64,000 bases of DNA from Escherichia coli. Lineage in GTDB: Bacteria; Pseudomonadota; Gammaproteobacteria; Enterobacterales; Enterobacteriaceae. The DNA is taken from NCBI RefSeq assembly GCF_003018115.1, contig NZ_CP027457.1. One strand, 5' to 3'. The notes beneath the pieces are model-generated. The model did no database searches and was not told where the DNA came from. It was given only the letters and a program-made list of their open reading frames with translations. A program made the translations under genes and the position numbers. Shown piece after piece: positions 1-11,171 of the stretch; within the stretch, counting starts at the first letter, position 1, and each line of letters starts with the position of its first letter.

Positions 1-1216
1 GTCATTCAGCGCGGTAAGTTGCAGCCAGGAGAATATCGCGGCGTTTATCAACAAAATCAAAGCGTCACCGTGGTTTAAAGATACCGTCATCGTCGTCTCT
101 TCTGACCATTTAGCGATGAACAACACGGCGTGGAAATACCTTAATAAGCAGGATCGCAATAACCTGTTTTTTGTCATTCGTGGCGACAAGCCGCAGCAAG
201 AGACGCTGGCAGTGAAGCGTAACACGATGGATAACGGCGCGACGGTGCTGGACATTCTCGGTGGCGATAACTATCTCGGACTTGGTCGTAGCAGTTTATC
301 CGGGCAGTCAATGTCGGAAATCTTCCTCAATATCAAAGAGAAAACATTGGCGTGGAAGCCGGATATCATCCGCCTGTGGAAATTCCCTAAAGAGATGAAA
401 GAGTTCACCATCGACCAGCAGAAAAACATGATTGCCTTCTCGGGTAGCCATTTCCGTTTGCCGCTGCTGTTGCGGGTTTCAGACAAACGCGTGGAACCGC
501 TGCCGGAAAGCGAATACTCAGCACCGCTGCGTTTCCAGCTGGCCGATTTCGCTCCACGCGACAATTTCGTCTGGGTTGACCGTTGCTATAAGATGGCACA
601 ACTCTGGGCTCCGGAACTGGCACTCTCCACCGACTGGTGTGTCTCGCAAGGGCAGCTTGGCGGTCAGCAAATTGTTCAGCATGTTGACAAAACAACATGG
701 CAGGGCAAAACGGCATTTAAAGATACGGTCATCGACATGGCGCGTTATAAAGGCAATGTCGATACGCTGAAAATTGTTGATAACGATATTCGCTACAAAG
801 CCGACAGTTTCATCTTCAACGTCGCCGGTGCGCCAGAAGAGGTGAAACAGTTTAGTGGGATTTCCCGTCCAGAGTCGTGGGGCCGCTGGTCCAACGCGCA
901 GCTGGGCGATGAAGTAAAAATCGAGTACAAGCATCCGCTGCCGAAGAAATTTGACCTGGTGATTACCGCCAAAGCATACGGCAATAACGCCAGCCGTCCT
1001 ATTCCGGTACGCGTAGGCAATGAAGAACAAACTCTTGTGCTGGGCAATGAAGTGACCACCACCACACTGCATTTCGATAACCCAACCGATGCCGACACAC
1101 TGGTAATTGTGCCGCCGGAACCTGTCTCAACCAACGAAGGGAATATCCTCGGACACTCGCCGCGTAAGCTCGGGATCGGCATGGTGGAAATTAAAGTTGT
1201 GGAACGTGAAGGGTAA
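1..1216 (+). CDS. opgB: Phosphoglycerol transferase I (OPG biosynthesis), C-terminal part; 5' end lies outside the window
   Basis: Frame is open from position 2 and reads ...[37 protein letters not shown]..., continuous with the 116..1216 ORF; matches OpgB/MdoB as recalled. Synteny with lgoDRT and tsr. Confidence 0.85.
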
Positions 1217-1225
1217 TTTCTGACT

Positions 1226-1260
1226 GATGTGTAGGTCGCATAAGGTGCGACCTACACATC
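1226..1260. terminator. Perfect 15-bp inverted repeat with 5-nt loop between convergent opgB and lgoD; putative bidirectional terminator, REP-like tail (CCGGCCTACA)
   Basis: GATGTGTAGGTCGCA-taagg-TGCGACCTACACATC read directly; no clean T-tract follows. Confidence 0.5.
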
Positions 1261-1355
1261 TTCTCCGGCCTACAAAACATCATTGAGAAACAGAAAAAAA
1301 ACAGCGCCCAACACTTCCCCGGACGCTGCATGGCAACTTTAATAATCTCGCCTTA

Positions 1356-2378
1356 TCAGAAAGTAATTACACCCTTAATCAACTCACGATTGTTAATCAC
1401 ATCGCGCTCGTAGGTTTCTGCCAGCGTGGCGAACGGATAGCGATGGGTTAACATCATGTCGGCAGTGATTTTTCCTTCCGCCATCAGTCGACCGACTTTA
1501 GCAAAATCTTCCGGCGTGGCGTTGCGGCTGCCCATCATCGTCGTTTCTTTTTTATGGAATTCCGGATCGGAGAACTGCAACTCACCTTTAAACAGGCCGA
1601 CAAATACCACCGTGCCGCCGTGACGAATCAAATTCACGGTGTTATTCATCGCATGTTGATTACCTGTCGCGTCGATCACTTTCTGCGCCAGCGAACCACC
1701 AAACTGCGCCCGTAGCTGCGCGTCAAAATCTTCGGCTGACGGGTCCAGTAAAGGTAATTCCAGACGCGTTGCCACATGTTCACGGCGCGCCGGACTGGTA
1801 TCCGCCACCACCACCTGTGCGCCATCGGCTTTAGCGATTGCCGCCGCGCCCAGACCGATTGGCCCCGCCCCGACCACCAGCACCTGCTCGCCGGGAGCAA
1901 TGGCTGCGCGACGCACCGCATGAGCGCTAATAGCGAAAGGTTCAATCAATGCGGCCGCCTGCGGGTCAATACCGTCTGCGGGCAAAATGTTCGCCACCGG
2001 CACGCTCAAATACTCACTAAAACCGCCATCCTGATGCACGCCAATGACTGAAATTTTTTCACAGCAATTGGTACGCCCGCTTTTACACGCCGGGCATTGC
2101 TGACAGGCAACATAAGGGATCACAGCAACTTGCTGACCATTTTTAAGATCAGCAATATTTTTACCCAGCCCAACAATCTCCCCACATATTTCATGGCCTA
2201 AAACCCGTGGATAACTAAAAAATGGTTGATTTCCACCCCAGGCATGAATATCGGTACCGCAAATCCCGACAGACTTAATTTTTATTAATGCTTCATTGTC
2301 ACCCGGAATAGGTATCTCACGTTGTTTCCAGACTAATTCTTTCGGCTGCAGGCAAATTAAAACATTCATCGTAGACAT
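1356..2378 (-). CDS. lgoD: L-galactonate 5-dehydrogenase (Zn-dependent alcohol dehydrogenase family)
   Basis: Translation has GHEICGEI zinc-ADH motif and GxGxxG Rossmann region. Start set at the MSTMNVLIC Met (2378), not the upstream ORF-track Met, by recall of YjjN. Confidence 0.85.
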   Translation of the reverse strand: MSTMNVLICLQPKELVWKQREIPIPGDNEALIKIKSVGICGTDIHAWGGNQPFFSYPRVLGHEICGEIVGLGKNIADLKNGQQVAVIPYVACQQCPACKSGRTNCCEKISVIGVHQDGGFSEYLSVPVANILPADGIDPQAAALIEPFAISAHAVRRAAIAPGEQVLVVGAGPIGLGAAAIAKADGAQVVVADTSPARREHVATRLELPLLDPSAEDFDAQLRAQFGGSLAQKVIDATGNQHAMNNTVNLIRHGGTVVFVGLFKGELQFSDPEFHKKETTMMGSRNATPEDFAKVGRLMAEGKITADMMLTHRYPFATLAETYERDVINNRELIKGVITF

Positions 2379-2516
2379 GATTCGGCTCTCCATTTTTTGT
2401 TGCCTTAGATATCAATGAAAATGAAAAATGGCAGCGGAACGGAAAATCTGTTTTGTGAAAACACACGCATAAAAATGTTTTAAATCGGGTTTTAATGGAC
2501 TCACAAGGAGGAAAAT

Positions 2517-3431
2517 ATGAGTCGTTCACAAAATTTACGCCACAATGTGATTAACCAGGTCATTGATGATATGGCGCGGGGTCATATCCCTTCCCCACTT
2601 CCATCGCAAAGTGCGCTGGCGGAAATGTACAACATCAGCCGCACTACAGTGCGTCATATTCTCAGCCACTTACGCGAATGCGGCGTCTTAACGCAGGTTG
2701 GAAACGACTATGTTATTGCGCGTAAACCTGACCATGATGACGGTTTCGCCTGTACTACCGCTTCAATGAGTGAACAAAACAAAGTGTTTGAGCAGGCTTT
2801 TTTCACGATGATAAACCAGCGTCAGTTACGCCCTGGGGAAACTTTTTCTGAACTGCAACTGGCTCGGGCCGCGGGTGTCAGCCCGGTGGTTGTAAGAGAA
2901 TATCTTTTAAAATTCGGCCGTTATAATCTTATTCAAAGCGAAAAGCGCGGCCAGTGGAGCATGAAGCAATTCGATCAATCCTACGCCGAGCAGCTGTTTG
3001 AGCTACGCGAAATGCTCGAAACACATTCACTTCAGCACTTTCTCAACCTGCCTGATCATGATCCCCGCTGGCTGCAGGCGAAAACCATGCTCGAACGTCA
3101 TCGGCTACTGCGTGACAACATCGGCAATAGCTTTCGCATGTTCTCGCAACTTGACAGAGATTTTCACTCCTTACTGCTTTCAGCTGCCGACAATATCTTT
3201 TTTGATCAATCGCTTGAGATCATCTCAGTCATCTTTCATTTTCACTATCAATGGGACGAAAGCGATCTTAAACAGCGCAATATCATTGCCGTCGATGAGC
3301 ATATGACCATTCTCAGCGCTCTGATTTGCCGCAGTGACCTTGATGCCACCCTTGCGCTCCGTAACCATTTGAATTCAGCGAAACAATCAATGATTCGATC
3401 CATTAATGAGAACACGCGTTATGCTCATTAA
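2517..3431 (+). CDS. lgoR: GntR-family transcriptional regulator of L-galactonate utilisation
   Basis: 304-aa ORF with N-terminal HTH-like region and FCD-type C-terminus; position between lgoD and lgoT. Confidence 0.8.
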   Translation: MSRSQNLRHNVINQVIDDMARGHIPSPLPSQSALAEMYNISRTTVRHILSHLRECGVLTQVGNDYVIARKPDHDDGFACTTASMSEQNKVFEQAFFTMINQRQLRPGETFSELQLARAAGVSPVVVREYLLKFGRYNLIQSEKRGQWSMKQFDQSYAEQLFELREMLETHSLQHFLNLPDHDPRWLQAKTMLERHRLLRDNIGNSFRMFSQLDRDFHSLLLSAADNIFFDQSLEIISVIFHFHYQWDESDLKQRNIIAVDEHMTILSALICRSDLDATLALRNHLNSAKQSMIRSINENTRYAH

Positions 3432-3645
3432 GTACGGATTAAAAACAGCAAACTATTAGCGGGTGCACGGTTTTATCAAAAGATAAATACCGGGAAATTC
3501 CCGCTTACCTATGCTCACAATCAGTCGACTAAAAATGTTTTTGTGAGCGGTAGTAAAGTCCTAAAACTTTAACCTGCCGTTAATGTCAACCTTGCGTAAT
3601 GCACCATTACGTAAACAATTAAAATTATAAATACAGGAGTCCGGC

Positions 3646-5007
3646 GTGGAAAAAGAAAATATCACCCTCGATCCGCGTTCTTCATTTACTCCATCTTCGT
3701 CGGCAGATATTCCCGTGCCACCAGATGGATTAGTTCAACGCAGTACCCGAATTAAACGCATTCAAACCACCGCCATGTTGTTATTATTTTTTGCGGCGGT
3801 AATCAATTATCTCGACCGCAGTTCGCTGTCGGTAGCAAATTTAACGATTCGTGAAGAATTGGGATTAAGTGCCACCGAAATCGGCGCTTTGCTCTCCGTG
3901 TTTTCACTCGCTTACGGCATTGCGCAACTTCCTTGCGGCCCACTATTAGATCGTAAAGGCCCACGCCTGATGCTGGGACTGGGGATGTTCTTCTGGTCAC
4001 TGTTCCAGGCCATGTCTGGCATGGTGCACAGCTTTACGCAGTTCGTGTTGGTGCGTATCGGTATGGGGATTGGTGAAGCGCCGATGAACCCATGCGGTGT
4101 AAAAGTCATTAACGACTGGTTCAACATCAAAGAGCGCGGACGCCCGATGGGCTTCTTCAACGCAGCTTCTACCATTGGCGTTGCCGTAAGCCCACCGATT
4201 CTGGCGGCGATGATGCTGGTGATGGGCTGGCGCGGGATGTTTATTACCATTGGTGTACTGGGGATTTTTCTCGCCATCGGCTGGTATATGCTCTATCGCA
4301 ACCGCGAGCACGTAGAACTGACTGCCGTTGAACAAGCTTATCTCAATGCAGGTAGCGTCAATGCCCGCCGAGATCCGCTCAGTTTTGCCGAATGGCGCAG
4401 CCTGTTCCGTAACCGCACAATGTGGGGAATGATGCTCGGATTCAGTGGCATCAACTACACTGCGTGGCTGTACCTAGCCTGGCTTCCTGGTTACCTGCAA
4501 ACAGCCTATAACCTGGATTTAAAAAGCACAGGGTTGATGGCGGCTATCCCTTTCCTGTTTGGGGCTGCCGGGATGCTGGTCAACGGCTACGTTACTGACT
4601 GGCTGGTCAAAGGGGGAATGGCTCCGATTAAAAGCCGTAAGATCTGCATTATTGCCGGGATGTTCTGTTCTGCCGCCTTTACGCTGATAGTACCACAAGC
4701 GACAACATCCATGATGGCGGTTCTGCTGATTGGCATGGCACTGTTCTGTATTCACTTTGCCGGAACATCCTGCTGGGGCTTGATCCACGTCGCAGTTGCT
4801 TCTCGCATGACTGCGTCGGTGGGCAGTATCCAGAACTTTGCCAGCTTCATCTGCGCCTCTTTCGCGCCGATCATTACTGGTTTTATTGTTGATACAACCC
4901 ACTCATTCCGTCTGGCACTAATCATTTGCGGTTGCGTCACCGCAGCGGGAGCACTGGCGTACATCTTCCTGGTTCGTCAGCCGATCAACGACCCGCGTAA
5001 AGATTAA
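3646..5007 (+). CDS. lgoT: MFS transporter (L-galactonate:H+ symporter)
   Basis: 453-aa hydrophobic ORF, GTG start with AGGAG 6 nt upstream; matches YjjL as recalled. Confidence 0.85.
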   Translation: MEKENITLDPRSSFTPSSSADIPVPPDGLVQRSTRIKRIQTTAMLLLFFAAVINYLDRSSLSVANLTIREELGLSATEIGALLSVFSLAYGIAQLPCGPLLDRKGPRLMLGLGMFFWSLFQAMSGMVHSFTQFVLVRIGMGIGEAPMNPCGVKVINDWFNIKERGRPMGFFNAASTIGVAVSPPILAAMMLVMGWRGMFITIGVLGIFLAIGWYMLYRNREHVELTAVEQAYLNAGSVNARRDPLSFAEWRSLFRNRTMWGMMLGFSGINYTAWLYLAWLPGYLQTAYNLDLKSTGLMAAIPFLFGAAGMLVNGYVTDWLVKGGMAPIKSRKICIIAGMFCSAAFTLIVPQATTSMMAVLLIGMALFCIHFAGTSCWGLIHVAVASRMTASVGSIQNFASFICASFAPIITGFIVDTTHSFRLALIICGCVTAAGALAYIFLVRQPINDPRKD

Positions 5008-5014
5008 ACTCCCT

Positions 5015-5048
5015 ATGCCCGATAACATTTTGCTTATCGGGCATTTTT
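5015..5048. terminator. Rho-independent terminator hairpin between convergent lgoT and tsr
   Basis: ATGCCCGATAA-cattttgc-TTATCGGGCAT followed by TTTT. Confidence 0.55.
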
Positions 5049-5055
5049 ATGGCGA

Positions 5056-6720
5056 TTAAAACGTTTCCCAGTTCTCCCCGCTATCTGCCACTGCCATTTT
5101 ACGCGGCGTAGCTGGCGTCACGGTTTTTACCACAGCCGATGTTTCACGCTGCTGTTGCTGCTGTTGCTGAATCCGGAACACTGCCACAGCTTCGGTCAGG
5201 CGACTGGCCTGCTCTTCCAGCGCGGCGGCGGCGGCGGCAGATTCTTCCACCAGCGCGGCGTTCTGTTGAGTTACCCGGTCCATCTCAGCAACCGCTAAGC
5301 CAACCTGATCGATACCACGGCTCTGCTCATCAGAAGCAGAAGCTATTTCGCCCATAATGTCCGTCACGCGGGTCACAGCACTGACAATCTCCGCCATTGT
5401 TTCCCCGGCGCTTTCGACCAGCGTAGAGCCAACATCCACTTTCCCCACCGAGTCTTCAATCAGGCTTTTAATTTCACGAGCCGCCTGGGCGCTACGCTGG
5501 GCCAGATTACGCACTTCTCCCGCAACCACCGCAAAACCACGTCCTTGCTCACCCGCACGCGCTGCTTCAACCGCCGCGTTCAAAGCCAGAATATTGGTCT
5601 GGAAGGCAATGCCGTCAATTACGCTGATAATATCGGCGATTTTCTGCGAACTGGTGGAGATATCACGCATAGTCTGCACCACGTTATCTACCACTTTGCC
5701 GCCGCGTTGCGCCGTTTCAGAAGCACTTAACGCCAGGTGGCTGGCCTGGCGCGCATTCTCGGCGTTCTGTTTCACCGTTGCGGTCAGTTGCTCCATGCTG
5801 GCTGCCGTCTCTTCCAGCGAAGCGGCCTGTTGCTCGGTGCGCGAAGAGAGATCGTTATTGCCGGTGGCGATTTCGCTGGCACCGCTATAAATGGCATTGG
5901 CCCCGTTGCGCACATCACCGACGGTACGCATCAGCTCTCCCTGCATATGGCGCAAACTCTCTGCCAGTTGCCCCATCTCATTAGAGCCATCCACCTCAAT
6001 CGGTTTCACCAGATCGCCGCCTGCAATATGACGAATGCTGTCAATCAGGCGATTCATTGGCGCTACCAGCGAGGCTTTAATACCGAACCAGACGGCGAAG
6101 ATGACCGCCAGTACGACGATCATCACGCCCACCAGAATCCACATCGCCTGGCTGTAGGAGGCATTGTTATCGCTGACGGCGATATCATAGAGCCGATCGT
6201 TTTGCTCCATGTAAGCCACATACTGCTTCTCGAAACCGTCTTGATATCCCTGAGTCGGCTGATCAAAGAACTCGTTGATTTTGCCTGCACCTAACAGTTG
6301 GATCAGCTCCGCCAGCGCATTGTGATAAATATCGTAATTACGTTTGATCTCTGCCGCTGCGGCGGTGCTCTGACGCGGGTCACGCGGCAACGCTTCGTAA
6401 TCCGCCCAGTTTTTTTCCGCCTGTTTCAGCGAAATACTGGCACTCTGCATCAGCTCAGCAACGGTTGAACCGCTACCAATATTATTCTGATCCATCATGT
6501 AGCGGATACCCGCGCGGTTGAGGGTGTTACGCGTCTGCAACAACGCGACCCAGCTGCCATTCAGCGTGGATTGCTGCTGGCGAATGGTTTGTAAAACAGT
6601 GAAATTTTCTTTGTCATTCTTTAAGGCATTAAAGAACAGACCGCCTGATGTCAGTTGTAAAAGGCCAAAAACGGCCAAAACCAGCAGTAAGCTGGTCACG
6701 ATCTTGATACGTTTTAACAT
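5056..6720 (-). CDS. tsr: Methyl-accepting chemotaxis protein I (serine chemoreceptor)
   Basis: 554-aa ORF with HAMP and MCP signalling domain, methylation-region [14 protein letters not shown]-terminal NWETF pentapeptide; N-terminus [22 protein letters not shown] matches Tsr. Confidence 0.95.
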   Translation of the reverse strand: MLKRIKIVTSLLLVLAVFGLLQLTSGGLFFNALKNDKENFTVLQTIRQQQSTLNGSWVALLQTRNTLNRAGIRYMMDQNNIGSGSTVAELMQSASISLKQAEKNWADYEALPRDPRQSTAAAAEIKRNYDIYHNALAELIQLLGAGKINEFFDQPTQGYQDGFEKQYVAYMEQNDRLYDIAVSDNNASYSQAMWILVGVMIVVLAVIFAVWFGIKASLVAPMNRLIDSIRHIAGGDLVKPIEVDGSNEMGQLAESLRHMQGELMRTVGDVRNGANAIYSGASEIATGNNDLSSRTEQQAASLEETAASMEQLTATVKQNAENARQASHLALSASETAQRGGKVVDNVVQTMRDISTSSQKIADIISVIDGIAFQTNILALNAAVEAARAGEQGRGFAVVAGEVRNLAQRSAQAAREIKSLIEDSVGKVDVGSTLVESAGETMAEIVSAVTRVTDIMGEIASASDEQSRGIDQVGLAVAEMDRVTQQNAALVEESAAAAAALEEQASRLTEAVAVFRIQQQQQQQRETSAVVKTVTPATPRKMAVADSGENWETF

Positions 6721-6838
6721 GGTTTCTCTTTCCTGTGGACCGATGCAAGATTTTCGGCCTGGAAAGCAAAAACTTTATGAAAAGGTGTAACCCGCCATCC
6801 ATGGAAAAACCAGGCGCTGGTTATCAGATACTAAAAAG

Positions 6839-7285
6839 TTATTCATTATCGCCCGGGATGTCTTCTTGTCGGGAATTGCCCAGAGCAATAAATTCCTCTA
6901 ACAGATGGGTTAACTGTTGCATTTTCTCGGCAGTAAACTGAGCTTCAATCTGCCGATAGGCTTCTTCAATCTGTGTCTGGGCGCGGTTATACAGCGCCTG
7001 CCCCTCTTTGGTTAGCGAGATATAGAGCTTCCGCTGATCATTGATCGGCTTTAATCGCAACACTAAACCGTCGCGTTCCATCCGCGTGAGGATCCCGGTC
7101 AGGCTTGGGCGCAAAATGCAGGCGCGATACGCCAGATCGTGAAAATCCATTGATGGGCTTTCCGCCAGAATACGCACGATGCGCCACTGTTGCTCAGTCA
7201 AATTATGCCGTTTAACGATTGGGCGAAAATAACTCATCGCCGCTTCTCGCGCCTGGAGCAACGCAATGGTTAGTGAGTCGTGCAT
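6839..7285 (-). CDS. hpaR: MarR-family repressor of the homoprotocatechuate (hpa) meta-cleavage operon
   Basis: Translation from MHDSLTIALLQAREAAM... (149 aa), MarR-type winged helix; divergent from hpaG. Start chosen at the internal Met by recall of HpaR length. Confidence 0.85.
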   Translation of the reverse strand: MHDSLTIALLQAREAAMSYFRPIVKRHNLTEQQWRIVRILAESPSMDFHDLAYRACILRPSLTGILTRMERDGLVLRLKPINDQRKLYISLTKEGQALYNRAQTQIEEAYRQIEAQFTAEKMQQLTHLLEEFIALGNSRQEDIPGDNE

Positions 7286-7507
7286 TATCTTTCCCCTGAA
7301 AAATTCAAAATCATTAATATAGAAACAGTTAATCGTCACGTTACCGGGACTGCGCTGTCCCTGCAATTCCTGATTTTATCAAAATTGATGATATTTTATT
7401 AACTTACTGATATTTAATATTTTATTATCTTTAAATGTAAATAGTTTGTTAATTAGATCACATTTATATCACTTACTTTTGCCAAACTACGCAATCGGGA
7501 ATAAAAG

Positions 7508-7531
7508 TAATCATTAACATATTAATGATTA
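7508..7531. promoter_or_regulatory. Inverted repeat TAATCATTAA-cata-TTAATGATTA in the hpaR-hpaG region; candidate HpaR operator
   Basis: Palindrome read directly, about 30 bp upstream of the hpaG start; HpaR is known to bind palindromic operators at Pg, but site identity is inferred. Confidence 0.35.
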
Positions 7532-7556
7532 AGATGATCGAATCCGAGGAGTGGTA

Positions 7557-8846
7557 ATGAAAGGCACTATCTTCGCCGTAGCATTGAACCATCGCAGCCA
7601 ACTTGATGCCTGGCAGGAAGCGTTCCAGCAATCTCCCTACAAAGCCCCGCCTAAAACTGCGGTCTGGTTTATTAAACCGCGCAATACGGTGATTGGTTGC
7701 GGTGAACCGATTCCCTTTCCACAGGGTGAAAAGGTACTGAGCGGTGCGACAGTTGCGCTGATTGTGGGAAAAACGGCGACGAAAGTACGTGAAGAAGATG
7801 CGGCAGAGTACATCGCCGGATATGCGCTGGCTAACGACGTCAGCCTGCCGGAAGAGAGCTTTTACCGCCCGGCAATCAAAGCAAAATGTCGTGATGGATT
7901 CTGCCCCATTGGCGAAACCGTGGCTCTCAGCAATGTCGATAATCTGACTATCTATACCGAGATCAACGGGCGTCCTGCCGATCACTGGAATACCGCCGAT
8001 TTACAACGTAACGCCGCACAGCTGCTGAGCGCCCTGAGCGAATTTGCCACGCTAAATCCAGGCGATGCCATTCTGCTCGGCACGCCACAGGCGCGCGTGG
8101 AAATACAGCCAGGCGATCGCGTGCGTATTCTCGCAGAAGGTTTCCCGCCGCTGGAAAATCCGGTAGTGGACGAACGTGAAGTGACCACGCGCAAGAGCTT
8201 CCCAACGCTGCCACACCCGCACGGTACGCTGTTTGCCCTCGGCCTGAACTACGCCGACCACGCCAGCGAACTGGAATTTAAGCCACCGGAAGAGCCGCTG
8301 GTGTTCCTGAAAGCGCCGAATACCCTCACTGGCCATAACCAGACCTCCGTGCGCCCGAACAATATTGAATACATGCACTACGAAGCGGAGCTGGTGGTAG
8401 TTATTGGCAAGCAGGCGCGTAACGTCAGCGAAGCCGATGCCATGGATTATGTCGCGGGCTACACCGTGTGTAACGACTACGCCATTCGCGACTATCTGGA
8501 AAACTACTACCGCCCTAACCTGCGGGTCAAAAGCCGCGACGGACTGACGCCGATGCTTTCAATCATCGTGCCGAAAGAGGCGATCCCGGACCCGCATAAT
8601 CTGACCCTTCGCACCTTCGTCAACGGCGAGTTACGCCAGCAAGGCACCACCGCCGATCTGATCTTCAGCGTGCCCTTCCTGATCGCCTACTTAAGCGAAT
8701 TTATGACCCTGAATCCGGGCGACATGATCGCCACCGGCACACCAAAAGGCTTATCTGACGTGGTGCCTGGCGATGAAGTAGTGGTAGAAGTAGAAGGCGT
8801 GGGCCGCCTGGTGAACCGAATTGTGAGTGAGGAAACAGCGAAATGA
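7557..8846 (+). CDS. hpaG: Bifunctional OPET decarboxylase / HHDD isomerase (FAH family)
   Basis: Two tandem fumarylacetoacetate-hydrolase-like halves in the translation; ATG at 7557 preferred over the ORF-track GTG at 7551. Confidence 0.9.
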   Translation: MKGTIFAVALNHRSQLDAWQEAFQQSPYKAPPKTAVWFIKPRNTVIGCGEPIPFPQGEKVLSGATVALIVGKTATKVREEDAAEYIAGYALANDVSLPEESFYRPAIKAKCRDGFCPIGETVALSNVDNLTIYTEINGRPADHWNTADLQRNAAQLLSALSEFATLNPGDAILLGTPQARVEIQPGDRVRILAEGFPPLENPVVDEREVTTRKSFPTLPHPHGTLFALGLNYADHASELEFKPPEEPLVFLKAPNTLTGHNQTSVRPNNIEYMHYEAELVVVIGKQARNVSEADAMDYVAGYTVCNDYAIRDYLENYYRPNLRVKSRDGLTPMLSIIVPKEAIPDPHNLTLRTFVNGELRQQGTTADLIFSVPFLIAYLSEFMTLNPGDMIATGTPKGLSDVVPGDEVVVEVEGVGRLVNRIVSEETAK

Positions 8847-10309
8847 AAAAAGTAAATCATTGGATCAACGGCAAAAATGTTGCAGGTAACGACTACTTCC
8901 AGACCACCAATCCGGCAACGGGTGAAGTGCTGGCGGATGTGGCCTCTGGCGGTGAAGCGGAGATCAATCAGGCGGTAGCGGCAGCGAAAGAGGCGTTCCC
9001 GAAATGGGCCAATCTGCCGATGAAAGAGCGTGCGCGCCTGATGCGCCGTCTGGGCGATCTGATCGACCAGAACGTGCCTGAGATCGCCGCGATGGAAACC
9101 GCGGACACGGGCCTGCCGATCCATCAGACCAAAAATGTGTTGATCCCACGCGCTTCTCACAACTTTGAATTTTTCGCGGAAGTCTGCCAGCAGATGAACG
9201 GCAAGACCTATCCGGTTGACGACAAGATGCTCAACTACACGCTGGTGCAACCGGTAGGCGTTTGTGCGCTGGTGTCACCGTGGAACGTGCCGTTTATGAC
9301 CGCCACCTGGAAGGTCGCGCCGTGTCTTGCGCTGGGCAATACCGCGGTGCTGAAGATGTCGGAACTCTCCCCGCTGACCGCTGACCGCCTGGGTGAGCTG
9401 GCGCTGGAAGCCGGTATTCCGGCGGGCGTGCTGAACGTGGTACAGGGCTACGGCGCAACCGCAGGGGATGCGCTGGTTCGTCATCATGACGTACGTGCCG
9501 TGTCGTTCACCGGCGGTACGGCCACCGGGCGCAACATCATGAAAAACGCCGGGCTGAAAAAATACTCCATGGAACTGGGCGGTAAATCGCCGGTGCTGAT
9601 TTTTGAAGATGCCGATATTGAACGCGCGCTGGACGCTGCCCTGTTCACCATCTTCTCAATCAACGGCGAACGCTGCACCGCCGGTTCGCGCATTTTTATT
9701 CAACAGAGCATCTATCCAGAATTCGTTAAACGCTTTGCCGAACGCGCCAACCGTCTGCGCGTGGGCGATCCGACCGATCCGAATACCCAGGTTGGGGCGC
9801 TTATCAGCCAGCAGCACTGGGAAAAAGTCTCCGGCTATATCCGTCTCGGCATTGAAGAAGGCGCAACCCTGCTGGCGGGCGGCCCGGATAAACCGTCCGA
9901 CCTGCCTGCGCACCTGAAAGGCGGCAACTTCCTGCGCCCAACCGTGCTGGCAGACGTTGATAACCGTATGCGAGTCGCCCAGGAAGAGATTTTCGGGCCG
10001 GTCGCCTGCCTGCTGCCGTTTAAAGACGAAGCCGAAGGCTTACGTCTGGCAAACGACGTGGAGTACGGCCTCGCGTCGTACATCTGGACGCAGGATGTCA
10101 GCAAAGTGTTACGCCTGGCGCGTGGCATTGAAGCTGGCATGGTGTTCGTCAACACCCAGAACGTGCGTGACCTGCGCCAGCCATTTGGCGGCGTAAAAGC
10201 CTCCGGCACCGGGCGTGAAGGCGGTGAGTACAGCTTCGAAGTGTTCGCGGAAATGAAGAACGTCTGCATTTCCATGGGCGACCATCCAATTCCGAAATGG
10301 GGAGTCTGA
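8843..10309 (+). CDS. hpaE: 5-carboxymethyl-2-hydroxymuconate semialdehyde dehydrogenase (NAD-dependent aldehyde dehydrogenase)
   Basis: 488-aa ORF with aldehyde dehydrogenase motifs (ELGGKSP, catalytic Cys in GERCTAGSR); start overlaps hpaG stop (ATGA). Confidence 0.9.
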   Translation: MKKVNHWINGKNVAGNDYFQTTNPATGEVLADVASGGEAEINQAVAAAKEAFPKWANLPMKERARLMRRLGDLIDQNVPEIAAMETADTGLPIHQTKNVLIPRASHNFEFFAEVCQQMNGKTYPVDDKMLNYTLVQPVGVCALVSPWNVPFMTATWKVAPCLALGNTAVLKMSELSPLTADRLGELALEAGIPAGVLNVVQGYGATAGDALVRHHDVRAVSFTGGTATGRNIMKNAGLKKYSMELGGKSPVLIFEDADIERALDAALFTIFSINGERCTAGSRIFIQQSIYPEFVKRFAERANRLRVGDPTDPNTQVGALISQQHWEKVSGYIRLGIEEGATLLAGGPDKPSDLPAHLKGGNFLRPTVLADVDNRMRVAQEEIFGPVACLLPFKDEAEGLRLANDVEYGLASYIWTQDVSKVLRLARGIEAGMVFVNTQNVRDLRQPFGGVKASGTGREGGEYSFEVFAEMKNVCISMGDHPIPKWGV

Positions 10310-10310
10310 T

Positions 10311-11162
10311 ATGGGTAAGTTAGCGTTAGCCGCCAAGATCACGCACGTACCGTCGATGTATCTCTCTGAACTGCCAGGGAAAAACCACGGTTGCCGCCAG
10401 GGCGCGATCGACGGGCATAAAGAGATCAGCAAGCGTTGCCGGGAAATGGGCGTCGATACCATTATCGTTTTCGATACCCACTGGCTGGTCAACAGTGCTT
10501 ATCACATCAACTGTGCAGACCATTTTGAAGGCGTCTACACCAGCAACGAGCTGCCGCATTTTATCCGCGATATGACCTACAACTACGAGGGCAACCCGGA
10601 GTTGGGGCAGCTTATTGCCGATGAAGCCTTAAAGCTCGGCGTGCGGGCAAAAGCGCACAACATTCCCAGCCTGAAACTGGAATACGGCACGCTGGTGCCA
10701 ATGCGCTACATGAATGAAGACAAGCACTTCAAAGTGGTTTCCATTTCAGCTTTCTGCACTGTTCACGATTTTGCCGACAGCCGCAAGCTGGGCGAGGCTA
10801 TTCTGAAAGCGATCGAACAGTACGACGGCACCGTGGCGGTCCTTGCCAGCGGTTCGTTATCGCACCGCTTTATTGACGATCAGCGAGCGGAAGAAGGGAT
10901 GAACAGCTACACCCGCGAGTTCGACCGCCAGATGGACGAGCGCGTGGTGAAGCTGTGGCGCGAAGGCCAGTTCAACGAGTTCTGCAATATGCTGCCGGAG
11001 TATGCCGACTACTGCTACGGCGAAGGCAATATGCACGACACGGTGATGCTGCTGGGGATGCTCGGCTGGGATAAATACGACGGCAAGGTGGAGTTTATCA
11101 CCGAGCTATTCCCAAGCTCTGGCACCGGTCAGGTTAACGCTGTTTTCCCGCTTCCCGCGTAA
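10311..11162 (+). CDS. hpaD: 3,4-dihydroxyphenylacetate (homoprotocatechuate) 2,3-dioxygenase, extradiol type
   Basis: 283-aa ORF starting 1 nt after the hpaE stop; LigB-type extradiol dioxygenase family by recall. Confidence 0.88.
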   Translation: MGKLALAAKITHVPSMYLSELPGKNHGCRQGAIDGHKEISKRCREMGVDTIIVFDTHWLVNSAYHINCADHFEGVYTSNELPHFIRDMTYNYEGNPELGQLIADEALKLGVRAKAHNIPSLKLEYGTLVPMRYMNEDKHFKVVSISAFCTVHDFADSRKLGEAILKAIEQYDGTVAVLASGSLSHRFIDDQRAEEGMNSYTREFDRQMDERVVKLWREGQFNEFCNMLPEYADYCYGEGNMHDTVMLLGMLGWDKYDGKVEFITELFPSSGTGQVNAVFPLPA

Positions 11163-11171
11163 GGACGTTTT

